From a virus (lineage: Duplodnaviria > Heunggongvirae > Uroviricota > Caudoviricetes): a DNA stretch of 6,610 bases. The DNA lies in IMG/VR virus record IMGVR_UViG_2706794671_000007. One strand, written 5' to 3'. The number at the start of each line of letters is the position of its first letter. The stretch's first letter is position 1. A program made the position numbers and the translations under genes. Positions 5,891-6,610 of this stretch are shown piece after piece. The notes under the pieces were generated by a model. The model saw nothing but the letters and a program-made list of their open reading frames with translations. It was not told the origin of the DNA and searched no databases.

Positions 5891-6176
5891 NNNNNNNNNN
5901 NNNNNNNNNNNNNNNNNNNNNNNNNNNNNNNNNNNNNNNNNNNNNNNNNNNNNNNNNNNNNNNNNNNNNNNNNNNNNNNNNNNNNNNNNNNNNNNNNNNN
6001 NNNNNNNNNNNNNNNNNNNNNNNNNNNNNNNNNNNNNNNNNNNNNNNNNNNNNNNNNNNNNNNNNNNNNNNNNNNNNNNNNNNNNNNNNNNNNNNNNNNN
6101 NNNNNNNNNNNNNNNNNNNNNNNNNNNNNNNNNNNNNNNNNNNNNNNNNNNNNNNNNNNNNNNNNNNNNNNNNNNN
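5891..6176. other. Scaffold gap: 286 consecutive N
   Basis: Unbroken run of n characters. Any ORF crossing it is an artefact and the true content and length are unknown. Confidence 0.99.
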
Positions 6177-6300
6177 GAATCCCCCTGTGCGGAGGGGCAA
6201 TCAGCGAGTAGGTATATGGGATAATCGCGGATTCAGGTGCTGGTACTGAATTCACCGGGAGGCACCCGGCATCATGCAATGGCACATAGCGCCACTCTCC

Positions 6301-6324
6301 AGCCCTCTCCGGAGGGGCTTTTCT
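6301..6324 (+). terminator. Candidate rho-independent terminator
   Basis: Stem CCCTC (6303..6307), loop TCCG, stem GAGGG (6312..6316), followed by GCTTTTCT. Confidence 0.45.
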
Positions 6325-6508
6325 GTGCCGGATACATCACAGTTTCTGGAACCTTAGGTACTACAGTATCAGTCAGGGTGCTATATTTTCAGATGTGATG
6401 AAAGCCTGTCAGCAGGCAGGGCGTATCGGAAATGACCCAGTAGAGAAAACGTTGACTCAGATACCGGTGCTGAGTTACCGGGAAACCGGCATCACATGAC
6501 CGCTATCC

Positions 6509-6610
6509 TGAGGTGTACTGGCAATAGCGGACACTACCATTTGTTCTTTTTTTAAGCAGCCATCTGATGATATTTTTCCCTGAAGGCTGCCGGGGAGATA
6601 TTCCCCAGAC
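6509..6610. repeat. Right arm of the perfect 102-bp terminal inverted repeat (reverse complement of 1..102)
   Basis: See feature 1..102. Confidence 0.9.

Noticed and set aside
5863-6285. Minus-strand ORFs of 140 aa and 109 aa (5863..6285 and 5871..6200) in the ORF track
   Set aside because: Both consist almost entirely of X residues translated from the 286-nt N gap; they are artefacts of the scaffold gap and overlap the tRNA.
5860-6508. Shiga toxin or lysis genes downstream of the tRNA
   Set aside because: Synteny with Stx-type phages makes this tempting, but no such coding sequence is visible in the window; the region is an N gap followed by non-coding sequence. No claim can be made.
1-6610. 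Terminal inverted repeats as the ends of an IS element or transposon
   Set aside because: No transposase-like ORF is present, the repeat is 102 bp of coding-like sequence rather than a short IS-type terminal repeat, and the content is ordinary lambdoid prophage genes. A repeat-boundary or assembly explanation is more parsimonious.
1-6610. CRISPR arrays or other tandem repeats
   Set aside because: No regularly spaced direct repeats were seen. The only short direct repeat noted (TTAACATTA at 1004..1012 and 1030..1038) lies in the hok leader and is not array-like.

Overview
This window reads as the nin / late-regulatory segment of a lambdoid enterobacterial prophage, all on the + strand, with gene order resembling the Qin prophage of E. 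coli K-12 (hokD ... ydfU-like ... Q). Left to right: a 5'-partial ORF; a translationally coupled cluster of three small genes (55 aa, 114 aa, 27 aa; the first and last fall below the ORF-track cutoff); a complete hok/sok-type type I toxin-antitoxin locus whose toxin matches HokD/RelF; a 94-aa hypothetical; a DUF968-like Cys/His-rich (HNH-like) protein; the RusA Holliday-junction resolvase; a Q-type antiterminator followed by a PR'-like promoter and a short-leader terminator; a small winged-helix-like protein; a beta-class N6-adenine DNA methyltransferase; and a tRNA with anticodon CAT. A 286-nt run of N (5891..6176) is a scaffold gap. The first 102 nt of the window are the exact reverse complement of the last 102 nt. 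Nothing here is an obviously complete novel system; the most interesting candidates are the coupled small-gene cluster upstream of hok and the small regulator / palindrome / methyltransferase module in the late operon. All family assignments are from reading the translations and motifs by eye; no database search was run.
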